Source of the DNA: the human T2T-CHM13v2.0 reference genome, Homo sapiens
Assembly: GCF_009914755.1 (NCBI RefSeq)
Contig: NC_060926.1
DNA: 64,000 nt
Strand: one strand, 5' to 3'
Part shown: in pieces, positions 28,800 to 45,968 of the stretch
Numbering within the stretch: the stretch's first letter is position 1
Layout: every line of letters begins with the position of its first letter
Position numbers and translations under genes: made by a program
The notes under the pieces: generated by a model
What the model saw: the letters and a program-made list of their open reading frames with translations, nothing else
Told to the model about the DNA's origin: nothing
Databases searched by the model: none

Positions 28800-30300
28800 G
28801 TTATCTCCCTTTGTGTATTGATCCCGTTTCAATAGTATTTTCCTTCCTATCACTCCATTGAAATGCTTCAGTTGACATTGCAGTCCAGTAGTCTCCCATC
28901 TCACTGAAACTCATGTCATTTCTCATTTTTCATTTACTTTATGTGTCAAAAAATTTGACACTTTGATCACTCCGTCCTTATTTAACAAATTTTCTGCCTA
29001 TCTCCTGGAACACATACCTTCCTGGTTTTCCTCCTATCTCACCAGTAGTTTCTTCTCAATTTTTATTACTGGCTTCTCATTCCCATAACCCTAAATGCTG
29101 GCATATCTCATTCCAGACTAAACCTTTGATCCCTTCTATATCTGCATTCTTGCTAGGCGATTTTCTTATCATATGTACCAAAATACCATCTATGTACACT
29201 GGCAACCTCTGAATTTATACTTGCAGCCCAAACCTCTACACTAGTGCCACATTCTTGACATTTGCCTCTTTGGCACTCTAAGAGGGCAACTAATAGAATT
29301 AGGATGAATCTAAGAGTTTTGGTCTGAGCTACTGAAAGGCGGAGGTGCTAGTAACTGAGATGGGGACAGCTGATAGAATTCTCAGACTCAGCATATGGAA
29401 AACTTTGTTTCCGATCTCACTCTCCTCCCACATGAGCACCACCGTCAGCTGTCCCCATCTCAGTTGCTAGCACCTCCGTCTTTCAGTAGCTCAGACCAAA
29501 ACTTTTAGATTCATCCTTGATTCTTCTCTTTTTCTTGTAGCTCACATCTCTTAGTAAATCTTGTTGGTTATATCTCAAAATATATCGAGAGCTTAACCAC
29601 TTCTCACCCCTCTTTGTTGCTACCCCTCTGGTACAAGCCACACCATTTCTCACCTGAATTATTTCAGTAGTCTCTTATATCATCTCCCTGACTCTACCCT
29701 TCCCCCAAATCTATTCTTTACATAGCAGCCAAAGCAGTTTTTTTAAAAATCATAACTCAGATTATGTCACTCCCCTTCTCTCAGTTCTCTAGTGGAGTCC
29801 TGTCATCTTTAAAGTAATATTTCAAATCTTTACAATGGCCAGTGAGACTCTACTTGTCTAGCTCCTGTTTACTTCTCTGAGCTCACTTCCTACAAATCTC
29901 CCTGTACCTATTTCTTCCTTGATCATGAAAGCCAATCCAATCTCTGTGACACTGATCTCTACTTGGACTCCTCTTCCTTCAGATATTAGCAGAGCTTGCT
30001 CCCTCATTTAATTCAGATCTCTGTCCAAATGTTCTCCTCAAACAGATTCTACCCCCTATTGGCCAGTGTTAACTAAAATAGCACTCACATCTCCCTTTGT
30101 CTCTTCTCTAAATCTATTTTTGTTATTACACTTATATATTACATATTTTTGTTTATCTCTTTTTTGTCTGTTTCACCCACTAGAATGTAAGTTGCATGAA
30201 GGCATAGGCTTCCTATAACTCCCTTGCTCCTAAGATCAGTGCTTGGCAGCCAGTAGGTGCTCGCTAAACATTTCTAAAGGAAAGAATGAAAGAATGAATG
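28800..30300 (+). mobile_element. L2a LINE 3' ~1.5 kb
   Basis: ccccatctcagt, tcagattatgtcactcccc and ctagaatgtaagttgcatgaaggca motifs; gaatgaa tail. Confidence 0.88.
29301..29517. repeat. Inverted repeat with 73-bp arms (29301-29373 / 29445-29517) and a 71-bp spacer
   Basis: 70/73 identity; left arm flanked by a tagaatt direct repeat. Confidence 0.95.
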
Positions 30301-32549
30301 GTCTTCTTACAATGCAGTATATACATGCTGCTGGAATAGTTCCTTAAATAAAATGTTAATCCTCTTTTGTGCTGGATTGGACTGAATAATCCACTTTCTT
30401 TGATGTTTGATGTTAAAGTGATGCCATAAAACAGCTATTAAAAAATTGAGAATTAAGGATCGAAGAGAATCCAAATGCTCAGCTGACTTAGCTACCACCC
30501 TGTAGCCTGCATGGCACTGAGGCAATCATCCATCTTTATTGAATGCTTGTCTTATTTTTACAACTCTTTCAGCCATTCACAACCTTGATGGGAAACCTTT
30601 TCCAATATTTAATTATTCTTTCAATTGAATATCTTTTTTTAAATCAAGTCAGATTTAATCACACCAGTTTAAGCTCATTTCTTTTGTAGATCTTCTGGGG
30701 AAATAGAAAATTACTTCTGCATACAATCTGCTTAGGTAGATTAGCCTGCATATTCAGTACAAGGGTACATAATAGGTGCACTAATGCTTGTTGTATGTAG
30801 TTGAATGGATTGCATGTGAACAAGAAAGAACTGTTTAGCCATTTCAAGTACTTTAGGGTTTTTATCTTGAGACTGTTTTTATCCATTTAACTATTTTTGT
30901 TATTTGGCTTTAAATACTGTTTCATTCTCCTACCAAACACAGACATCAACATTCACATAGCAAATGAGCAATGGGAACTTTAAAATATTAATCCCAAGGT
31001 CTTGAATGTCAAAGTAATAATTACTTCATCTCAGTGACATGTGATGCTTTTAAATAATAGCTCTTCTGTTTGTCTGGTGATGGGCATAAATCTCAGCATA
31101 AATCTGTGTGAGGGTGGATTGGGGTGGAGTTGGCAGGGGAAAAGGAAAGGGGATAGAGCAGAAAGGATACTGTCAGGAAATTAAATGAAGGACGGGACTT
31201 CTTTAATAATGTAGTCTTTTCTTTTTTTCATAATATGTTAGAGTAACCCAAATGATCAACCACCAGGTGTGAAGATTGAACCTGCTGTGGTGAGTAGGAC
31301 TACCCTTTGGACAGCATTATTAAAGCCAGTCACAAAAGGCATATTTCCAAGATAGGAAAGTCTGATTCAATTATTTCTTTCTTTAACTACTACACAGCTT
31401 ACTTCTGATCATAAAAATAATATATATTGTTCTAAAAAGTTAAAAAAGAAAGTAAAACACTGTGATGCCACCATCTAGATAGGATCATTATTATTTCTGC
31501 ACTTTATTTCTTTCTCCTATCTTCTATGCATATTTTAACGTGTTACTGAGAGTCGTGTTAACTATACTCTATAATTATGTATTATAACTTTTAACTATTA
31601 TGACAATATATGCCCATTCCTTGCAAACATCTAATTTCAATAATCAAATAATATTTCAAAATTTATCAAGATATTTTAATTTACTTAGCCATTTGCTTAT
31701 TGTGAATATTTTGGCTCAATGGGTTTTTTCTGCACAAAACATTTAAATTATTTTTTGGATAAGTTCATTTTTACAAAGAAGAATTTGGGGTCAAGTGTTC
31801 TGAAAACTTGCCTTTTTATTAGTAGTGGTTGTTTTGGTCCCATGCATTCCTCATAATTTTGTTTTAAATTTCTAAGTTGAATATGTAAATTACTAATTGG
31901 ATCTCATTGTTGTTTTAATTTGTATGTCTTTGCCATAGCTGATGTTGAACATTTTCTCCTGTTTGTTAGCCACTTATGTTTCTTCTTTGGGGACTTGTGT
32001 CATATAATATTTTAATTTGTCTATTGGGATGCTAGCATATGAATTTTTAATAAATAATTTCTGCAATCAGGACAAAACAATCAGGTTCACCAGCCATTTA
32101 ATTTTAGTGCTGTATGGTTTAACTTATTACTGTAGCATAATAAAGAAATGTTCAAGGCCATTGAACCACATAATGTGTTAGAAAATATTCTTTGTTTAGG
32201 CCCTGTCCAAACATTTGCTAAATAAAATATCAAGAATTATTTTATTTATAGGCAATACTGTTATACATAGATTCATTTTCTGTATTTTTTGTTTGTTGCT
32301 TTAAATCAAGGAAATCAAGTAAAATGTTTTTCTGTATCCACACTTTCATATATTTCTTTACTTCACGCTGTTCTCACCTACACACACACTTACACATACA
32401 CACACACACTCACTATCATTCATTAGCTTCTCTTAGTTTTTGGAAAAGGAGAAAAAAAAATAACGTTCATACTCACATATATGTTATGCTTATGTATAAC
32501 CTATGCATGTTGAGTGCTTATTTTTAAAGAAAACAATGCAACATTTCAT

Positions 32550-34220
<1,671 letters not shown>

Positions 34221-34684
34221 TTAGGGGAAAGAGGGAATACAGGCAAGACATTGAAACTTTTGGGGATTAGGGAATGGAAGAGAATTTGTTCACGGTTTGC
34301 CCTGTTTTTATGTAAAACATACTAGTTGGAAATATTTCTGTGGGTGGACATTTTTAATGGGGAAATCTTTGCTAGCTATGGAAAATCAAAAATATTTTTC
34401 TAAATTAGGATGTTTTAAGTACAATGAGTATCACAAGGAATGCATCAAAAAGAGATCCCAAGATAGTAGTTGAGCTGAGTCATAAGCTACCATAAGAACC
34501 TTTAATTTCTCTGCCAAGCAACTATGACTGTAAACATGAAGAGAAAGTATATAGATATTTAGATATTTATATGAGGGGAGGGCACAGCTACAGTTAAATT
34601 ATGTCATCTTAGGTAAATTTGTGAAGCATTGTTAGTACCACTGTTCTTACAATTTTAGTAATCAAATCTGGACTGGCAAATATG

Positions 34685-34915
34685 TGGGAGAAGGAAACCA
34701 ATATTTATTAAGCATTTGTGATATTCTGCATTAGGCACTAATTATTCTTACAGTGGTCCTGAGGTTAAGATTTTGTTATCCTCATTTTAAAAAAGAAGAA
34801 AGTCATCTTGGAGGAGTATAGCCACTAAGGTTTACAAAGCTAGCAGGTGGCAGAGCCAGACTCAAACCCAAGGGTCACTTCTAGGACCATGATCGATTTC
34901 ACAAAGCCATGCTGT
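34685..34915 (-). mobile_element. MIR
   Basis: ttatcctcattttaaa...ggtggcagagccagactcaaaccca. Confidence 0.7.
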
Positions 34916-35732
34916 TTTATCAGAAGTCCCATTCCCTTGATGAAGCTAAGTCATCAAGGGAACAAATGAAAAAGGGTTATCTTAGAGTAAGTCATTAGAA
35001 AGTATAAAGAATAAAAGCAGTAAATCATAGAGTTATAGATTTTTTTAAGTGGAAGAGACTTCCATTTATGGTAGGGATGAGTGTGCAATAAGGCTGAGCA
35101 TGGCTGAAGAGATGGAACTGTGTACAACTTTAGGGAGCTTATGAAAGTGGTGACCCTGGAGTTGTTCAGTGTACAATCTATACTGTGTACCAGCCCATCA
35201 TGGGAAAGACATGGCCATCTGGTCTTCCTAGTTCTGAGATGCCACCTGCAATGTAACTTCAGGAATACCTCACATGTGGGGATACTGAATCTTAGGGAAA
35301 ATTCAAGCTTGGTCAGCTAACAGAGTTAATCTAACTGCTTCAGTATTATACTGGCATGCCTTGCAGAAAGAGGCAGCTCAGTCTTTTAAATTTGTTGTCT
35401 GAGAAGAAGACAAAAAGAAAAAAAAAAACAGAACACATAGGTATAAAAAGGAGAGGCATACCATGTTATCCCTCCAATTTAACAGATGCTCTGTTAATTC
35501 CCAAGAATAAATGGCTGGCATTAATTACATTTTCAGAGTAATAAGATTGGAAAAGTTTTCTTCTGTATTAAAAAAAAATGTGGTTTTTATCATTTCTATT
35601 GAAAAACTCCTGTTACATAGAATACAATAATAAGAGCCATTATGAATCAAACTGCATTTTGTATTTAAATAGTGTACAGGGTCAAAAAGTTCAGTTTCAA
35701 AAGTGTCTTATTCAACAAAATTGGTTGTCTAG

Positions 35733-36042
<310 letters not shown>

Positions 36043-36864
36043 AAGCATTGCAATTAGATATTGCAGTCCATGCCAGATACACACTTTCTTAAATGTTAGC
36101 CAGAAAGAGAGAAAGAGCAAGAACAGGAAATAAAGAAAGAAGGAAAGGAGAGAGGCAGGGAGGGAGGGAAGAGGGAATAAAAGAAAGAGAAAGACGTGGA
36201 AATAATTAAAGAATTATTAACTCACATGGAAGCAACTGAGGCATTGGTGGTTACAAAAGACAATTTCTTTTTATAATGCAGACTAGGAAACATTTTATTT
36301 GTCCTAAAATGGTAAGTGTGCAAAAAGAAACATAAATGTACGATCTTATTCATCACTGCTCTGTAACTTCTTTCAATCTGTATTTGAAGGCTCACTGCCC
36401 TTCTCTTCCTGCTCTCCATTCTCTATCCTTTAACCAAAGCAATTATTGTATTAGAGATAAAGATATATTTGTGTGTTAGAAGAGAGAGGAAAATGTGAAA
36501 GAAAAGCAGTAAACATTTCTGATCCCTCTTACGCAGGATATGTCCCCCTAAAGACTCCAGGAGAGGTAAGACTCCTGAAGGAACCAATGTACCCAGGCCC
36601 CTCCACTCTGCTGCTCAGACATGGAGAAGGGAAAGGACCTCCTGCCAGTTGTGGAGGAACATATTGACTAAGGAACTAGAAACTGACCCACTAAAGTTGC
36701 AGAAGAAAATTAAAATTGTAGCTGCCCTTCAACTCCAACACTCTGAAACTCTATTTCGGAAGGTAAACTCCATCTGCTTGCTTCTTGCCCAACATGGGTT
36801 TCTGAAAGCCTACTAAAAGTCGCAGATCCCTGGGCCAACTAACTCTGAAGCCTAACATGGTGAT

Positions 36865-37214
36865 TGTATTAGTCTGTTCTCACACTGCTAATTCCAAGTC
36901 TGGGTAATTTATAAAGGAAAGAGGTTTAATTGACTCACAGTTCCACATGGCTGGGGAGGCCTCACAATCATGGCAGAAGTTGAATGAGTAGCAGTGTCAG
37001 GTCTTACCTGATGGCAGGCAGGAGAGCTTGTGCAGGAAAACTCCCGTTTATAAAACCATCAGGTCTCATGAGACTTATTCATTCACTACCATGAAAACAG
37101 TATGGGGGAAACCACCGTATGATTCATTTATCTCCACCTGGCCCCTCCCTTGACACATAAGGATTACCACAAGTCAAGGTGAGATTTGGGTGGGGACACA
37201 GCCAAACCATATCA
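36865..37214 (-). mobile_element. THE1B-like solo LTR, probably inside an older LTR (~36450-37290)
   Basis: tgtattagtctgttctcac...cacagccaaaccatatca; TSD gtgat. Confidence 0.93.
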
Positions 37215-37661
37215 GTGATCAAAAAGGAAAAAAAATTACAGTATCTATATGTGCTGTATGTTTCTGAGAGAATCTAGTAAAGACAGCATAGAAAGGGATA
37301 TAATCAAGAAAAGGACTTAAAATCTAGAGATGGTAGTTAATCATATGTATGCTTCCTTCAGTTACCCCTCCCAGATTTCTGTAAATAGAACAATAATCCA
37401 CGTAGATGCTGAAGCCAAACATAAGAGTCATTCTTAATTCCCCTCCTTCCTTGTTTTCAAGCCCCTTCCCTGATACCATCACAAAGCATCAGCAAATTCC
37501 CTCAACTGTACCTCAGAAATTTTCTGACCTCCACTCCGCCTATCTAAACCTTTTCCTTACTTCTGCTCCTACTGGTGGCTCAAAATGATCCAAAAATCTA
37601 TGATTTCTAAAAGCCTGAAGCCTTTTCAAACATTCATCTTTAAATTCCTGGATGCTTGTTC

Positions 37662-38097
<436 letters not shown>

Positions 38098-40114
38098 TAA
38101 ACACTATAAACAAACTTGGTTTAGCTGAGTAAATTACACACATGCATGCATACAAATACATATCTGTGTATATGCTTTTAAAGTATGTATCAGTATATAC
38201 GTATATGTGCATGTATCTACATATATATTTATGTGTATATCTATATTTATGTTTTTAAAGTCCTGAGAATAGTAGGGTGGTTGAGGATATAAAACCTGAA
38301 ATATTGGTGAGGACACATTAAGGGTGTGATTTCAATCTCTGTAAGTATTGTTTCACCTTTTTGCTTCTGTATAATATACCTGACCTCTGTAGACTTTAAA
38401 ACATTGGTGAGCAAATTCCCTTTGAATCACCCTGGGTGGAGCAGCGTACATTACTCTGTTCACAGGAGATGTCTTTAGTTATTCTCCAAACTCGGTCTGT
38501 TTTGCTCACCAAAATGAAAAATTATAAAGAAAATAACTATGGTTTATCTTGGTATAACTCAAATCGTTTAGAACATTATATAAATCATAGAAACTACTGG
38601 ATTTAATATGAAAGTAAACAGATTTTTAGTAGAAGATTCTTTAAAATACTTAACTGTGTCTTCTTAGTTTTCACACACAAAAACTATGCCTGCTTCTAGA
38701 GTGCTGATAGGTAATACAGTGTTTAAAAATGTGAAAAAAAAAGAGTAATTTATCTACAAGGCCTAATTGTACCTCACATTCTGTGATAAATATTTCTTGT
38801 GCTCCAAATTATTGCCTTGTTACTTGTATAAAAAATTCAAATGAAACATCCGATTATACTTAGTTTATAATAGTTAATGTAAAAGTTATAAAAAAATAAA
38901 TACACTATTTGTTAATTGTTAATCTATGCTAAAAACTAATGACAAATGAAAGCAGTCCAATAAGAGTAACAAATAGGTTAATTTCCTTAAACTCATATGA
39001 ATTATGTTATGCTCTACTTTTTCCCCAATAGTGTAAACAGGATTAGAATTCTCAAAAAGAGCTTTAGCAGAAAATAGTTATTTCTTTTTCTATTTAAAAA
39101 AAAAAATTGGACTGGGACAGAGTTAGCTTTATCAATGAAAAAAATCTTTGTAATTTAGTAAAAGAAGAAAAATGACACCTCCAAGGACAAAAATAAAGTG
39201 AAAATACCTGTAATTTCTCCGAGTGGTAAAGTTATATACATCTAGCAAAGGTGAGACAACAATTATTCTTTATCTCAAATAAACCCTGAATAATGCATTA
39301 CTTTGCAAAAACAGGTTGCCCTCTTTCAACAGAGTGATATCTATTTTGAACCTCAAATTGATCTTACTTTTGGTACTGATATATTTTGTGAGAAGACAGG
39401 ATAGTGCTGACTATTCTTTAACATTACAGCATAAATTGTAGGTCACATAAACATGCAAAATTGAATTATAGTAAAATCACTTGCAGAGCTATACTCAGTC
39501 TCTTCTCATATAACTCTGTTTTAGTTAACTAAAAATAGCCTTCTTTCTATTTATACAGCTTTATTTGAGGTTATTAGAAGGTAATATAAGGTGAAGATAA
39601 TATAATTTGGTATCCACAAAATATTATTGAAAATAGGAAATAACAAGATATAATTTAAATATAATTTTTAATTTAATTTAAATGGCTTTCTTGTAAGCTT
39701 TTAATTATTTTCTGTTTTCTGAACCTTGGCTAATAATCAAATCAATAATAATTTTTTTCTCTCTAACAGTTAAAAAATAACTCTATTCCTTCAGGAGAAA
39801 AGGCATACTGAATATGATTCAGATTTTATTTATTAGGAACAGGTAGAATCTATTAAAATGAATCAATTTAAAGTAATTACCAAATGATCATTTTCTGTCT
39901 TGTGCTTGGGAAAACACTAGTCATCTTTCTCTTCCCAAGAGAATTCTGCATATTCTGTTCTTGTCTCCCCTCTGAGTGGCCTTGTCACTCTAGAGTGACA
40001 TCCATAGGAAAGAGAACCAGCTAGTCCAGGGGTTACCAAGACTATCTCAACTCCTGGACAGCTTATTCAAGCATGCACCAAGAAAGTGCCTGCACCTGTT
40101 CCTACTCCAAACTA

Positions 40115-40288
40115 TAGTGCCCTGCTATTCAGAAAGTGGTTTCCAGACCAGCAGCATCCTTATCTCCTGGAGCTTGTTGGAGACAGGAAAATCTCAGGCC
40201 CCATCCCACAACTACTGAATTAGAATTTATGTTTTAATAAGATCTCTAGATGATTCACAAGCATATTCATGTATGAGAGGCACTGCTC
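40115..40288. mobile_element. MER5A/B-like hAT-Charlie MITE
   Basis: cagaccagcagcatc...ctcaggccccatccc...tactgaattagaat...gagaggcactg. Confidence 0.8.
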
Positions 40289-43200
40289 TAGGCTACTTAT
40301 TTGGTGCCTGAGTACTCTTCCTGATAGTAAACCTGATACTCACTGGTTTTCTTCTAAGTATTGAAAACTATGTACCATGCTTCTTCTTTCATTCAAATTC
40401 TGCCAAAAACCTGGTGCTTACTTTCTGTTCTATCTTAGAGATTCCAGTTGATGTTAAACAACTTGTCTCTTTTTCATTGTTGTTTTTGGTTGTCCTTATG
40501 CCATTGGCTCCATCTGGTAGACAAGCATGCCTCACCTCATATATGTTATTTCTAATGTACCATTAAATCTACTTTTATATTTTATCTCACTCCCTATTAA
40601 GTCTAATTCTGGGGAATTAAATTAATTTCACCATCAAATCTTGAAAAACAGAAGGTAGGGATGTTGGAAATATAAAGGTGACTTCATTCAAACAAGGCTA
40701 CCAACCAAATGGCAACAGTGGATGTTAATATGAAATTATTGAAATGATCACTTTCCAACCTTGGCACATATAAATCAATCATTAAAACAACCCAAAATAA
40801 AAGCATGCTTTGTTTGGATGAAATTCTGAAATTACTTTAAAATGGAATTTTTTGTTCTAGCCAAGTGGTAACCTTTTTATAAATAATGGCTCCTTCTTAC
40901 TTTTTTAAAGTATCTTTATGCATAAGCTTTTTTACTGAAGAGTAAGTTCTGAGTCTTACTTTTCAAACCTCCTACTTCTTTTTCTATCACTGCATTCTTC
41001 CCTTTAAGGTGGAAAACAATATTCTCCTTTCTGATTTTACCGATCATATGATCAAGAGGATAAATCGTCAGTTTTAGCTTTTCTGACTCACTTTGATTAA
41101 AGATGCGGTTTCTTGCTCAGCCTGTATTTCTTTCATTTCTATTCTTCTCCTCACATCTAAATACTAATTTATTTTACAATGTACATATAAATGACATCAG
41201 ATGAGAAAAATCCTTTTTAGGTAAATTGAAGTTGTAAAATTTTTGTGAGTGGCCTTTTCTTTGTACCACTTTTTTCTTATGGATATTTGAAAATGTCTTG
41301 CACAAGGATTTAAACTATGTACACATGATGAAACGTGAAGATTTTAAGTAATTCAGATTTTTATAAAGTAATCTCAATATTTCAGTTGTGATTTTAGGAA
41401 AAGTCTAAAATATTTAGAAATTGCCTCAATTCTCTACATTCTTTTTATCTGTACAGATAGATTTCTTTTTTTCTGGAATCACTGCAGTAGTGCCAGCTGA
41501 ACATTTACTGGGGGCCTATTAGATTTTTATATTTTTATGCTGATTATATTGTCCTCCATGAATACCTTTCAGCTCACCCCAAACTCCCAACAGTGGCCAC
41601 ATAAGGATACAATTATTTAATTCATTATTCCTAATTAACCTGTTTTGCATTTACATAGCAGTTAATCTCTTGAACATGACCCATTCCCATGAAAGACAAA
41701 TCATCTAGTTGAAACAGTTCAGAGGTCACAACATGAAGCTTTTGGTCCTGAAGCTGCTATTTGATGAGTGAGTTTCCTAAAAGGAGCTACTTGTGCTCCA
41801 TGTTTGTATGGCAATATTAATACAGACACTGAACTTAGAGGGATATTTTGAAAAGACATTAAATTCTTTTTTAAGTCCTTCTGAACCTATTTATTTATTT
41901 ATTACATGTGTAAATAAATCCTATTACTGTTTTCTTCTGCTTTTATTGAATCCCATCACATATTTTATATATTTTTTTAAATGTTTCACTTATCTTGTAT
42001 AAATAATGTAAGATGATTTTTCTGCCTGATAGAAAGGAAAGGACCTGTCCTTTCATAATTTATAGATGTTCTCTTTGTGTTTTCTAAAATTTCAGTCAGT
42101 TGTATTCAATTTTCTTTTCTAACATGTTTTGAGATTTAAAATAAGGCTTAAGTGATTCTGCTATGAAGTATCCTGCAAAACACTTAACTTTCTACAATGG
42201 GGAACCCAGATGGTGGTTTTGCTACATGCTTATTCTGTGTTTAAAATGTGGCCAAATCAGGGTCTATCATTTCTTCCCTAAAATCTCCATGTTGGGAAGA
42301 AGGAGAAAGCCACAGGCATAGTTTCTTCCTTTCAGACAAAATATATATTATGATTCAGGGGCTTTTGCTTGTTTTATGCCAATAAAATGAGATATAAATT
42401 CAGCAGAATGCTTTTACAGAGAAATGGAAGAATATTTGGAAGGACTCTGATCCACTTGTATAAAAGGTACTTTATTCTCAAAAATTTTTGAGAATCAAGT
42501 CAGATGTTGATGGAAAAGCAAGTCCACAAAGTGGAATTCTGCTTCTCCTATCTTGTTTTTGAAATGCATAGTTTACATAGAATGGGCAGAATCTTTTCAG
42601 TACTGTAATATCCTATAGATCTTTGTATTAAAGCTTTTTTTTTTTTTGTAAGAAGAAAGGGAAAGAACTCAGGTAGATTCTAAAACCAACAGTGACATTA
42701 TTTAGATGTATATTGTTTATTTATTTGTACCCTATAAGTTAAAAAAGTACTCCAGACTAGAACATTTTGAAGTGTGAGCTTAAAGTTCTTGGTGTGAAAA
42801 TGTAGATGTAAATATTCTTATATGAGATTTCCTAATTAAACATTAATAATAAGAAATTAGAGGGACTGAAAAGTGATTGATTTATAGGTTTTTGTTTAGT
42901 GCAGACATTTTGGAAGGGAAATATATACTAATTATGTTCTCAGCTCAGTCAATAACAGAGGAAAATTACAATTTATGGGCTTTATTCTCTAGAACTATGG
43001 GATTTATCCTGTAAAACAGAGATGACTTTTTTTGAAATAAACAGAATAAGGTGAGAAAAGTCTTTTTAATAATTACTCATAAATGTAGTCAATTTAATAT
43101 TTGTTTAAAATCAAATAAACAAATTTATTTTGAGCAAAGATTATATAGATGCTTTCCAGCAGCTGAGATAAAATTAATAAACTTTTTGACATTTTTTGAG

Positions 43201-43649
43201 AGTATTAATGCTTCAGTGGATAGAATAAAGTAGTTTTAGTATAAATGCTTATGACATGATTATGCACCACATATGAAGATATAAGGTATGCTGGGATGGG
43301 AGTTGGTAAATGTCAATATAAAAAGATGTCTGAAAAATATAAGAAAAATTATGAAAAAAGCAAATTGATCATTCAAGTTAAATTATTGTTTTGAGGCTCT
43401 GGTAATACATCACTGAGCTATATGTATATAATTTATGTAACTGGAAGGTTATTTACATTATAGAATAGTATGTAGAATATGAAGCTTATTATCATTCATA
43501 AAATAAAGGATAAAATAGGGGGAAAAAGTAGCACTGAAAAAAGTGTTTAGTAGGAGTCAGGAAACTGGAGCACCATCTTGGTGCAGCCTCTGACCTTGAA
43601 TGTGGTGCTTCGTGTCTTTATTCCTTCTTGAGGGACTTGGACCTGCTAT

Positions 43650-44439
<790 letters not shown>

Positions 44440-44620
44440 TAATGGCCAGATAACAGCGTTAACCACAAGGATGCAGCAGACCCTAAAGAGGAAGGAGACT
44501 TTACATGAAGAGCACCCAAAGAGAAACTCCAGGTTCAAGGCACAGCCTTCTAGATTGCCAACTCCGCCGACGTTGTCTGACACCAACCTGCAGCTAGTTG
44601 TCAAACAGCAAGTCTGATGG

Positions 44621-45447
<827 letters not shown>

Positions 45448-45641
45448 ATGGCACAGTCCTGTACAGGACTGCCCTCACTTCAGACACCAGCCACAAGTTC
45501 AAGGGTCCCCAGGGCACCCTCACTTCAGACCAGCTGGTCACATTCAAAGTCCCCACAGACTCCTTCAGATTCAGTAATCTGTCAGGATGACTCACACAAC
45601 TCAAAAAGTTCTATACTTAAAATTACAGTTTTATTATAATA

Positions 45642-45968
45642 CAGGTTGAGTAACCCTTATCCAAAATGCTTGGAACCCAAAGTGTTTTGAATTTCTGAAA
45701 TTTTTAAGGTTTGGGAATATTTGCATATACGTAATGAGTTATCTTGGGGATGGGACCCAACTTTAAATACAAAATTCATTTATGTTTCATATACATCTTA
45801 TATACATAGGCTGAAGGTACTTTTATACAATAGTTTTACTAATTTTGTGCATGAAACGTGAGGTCTGGTGTGAAATTTTTCACTTGTGGCATCATATTGG
45901 TGCTCAAAATGTTTTGGATTTTGGAGCATTTTGAATTTTGGAGTTTGGGATAAGGTTTGCTTAGTCTG
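45642..45968. mobile_element. Tigger4 (Zombi/MER46)-like MITE
   Basis: ta|caggttgagtaacccttatcc...ataaggtttgcttagtctg|ta; TA target duplication. Confidence 0.88.

Noticed and set aside
39983-40000. 18-bp palindrome tgtcactctagagtgaca
   Set aside because: 9-bp arms are plausible by chance in 64 kb.
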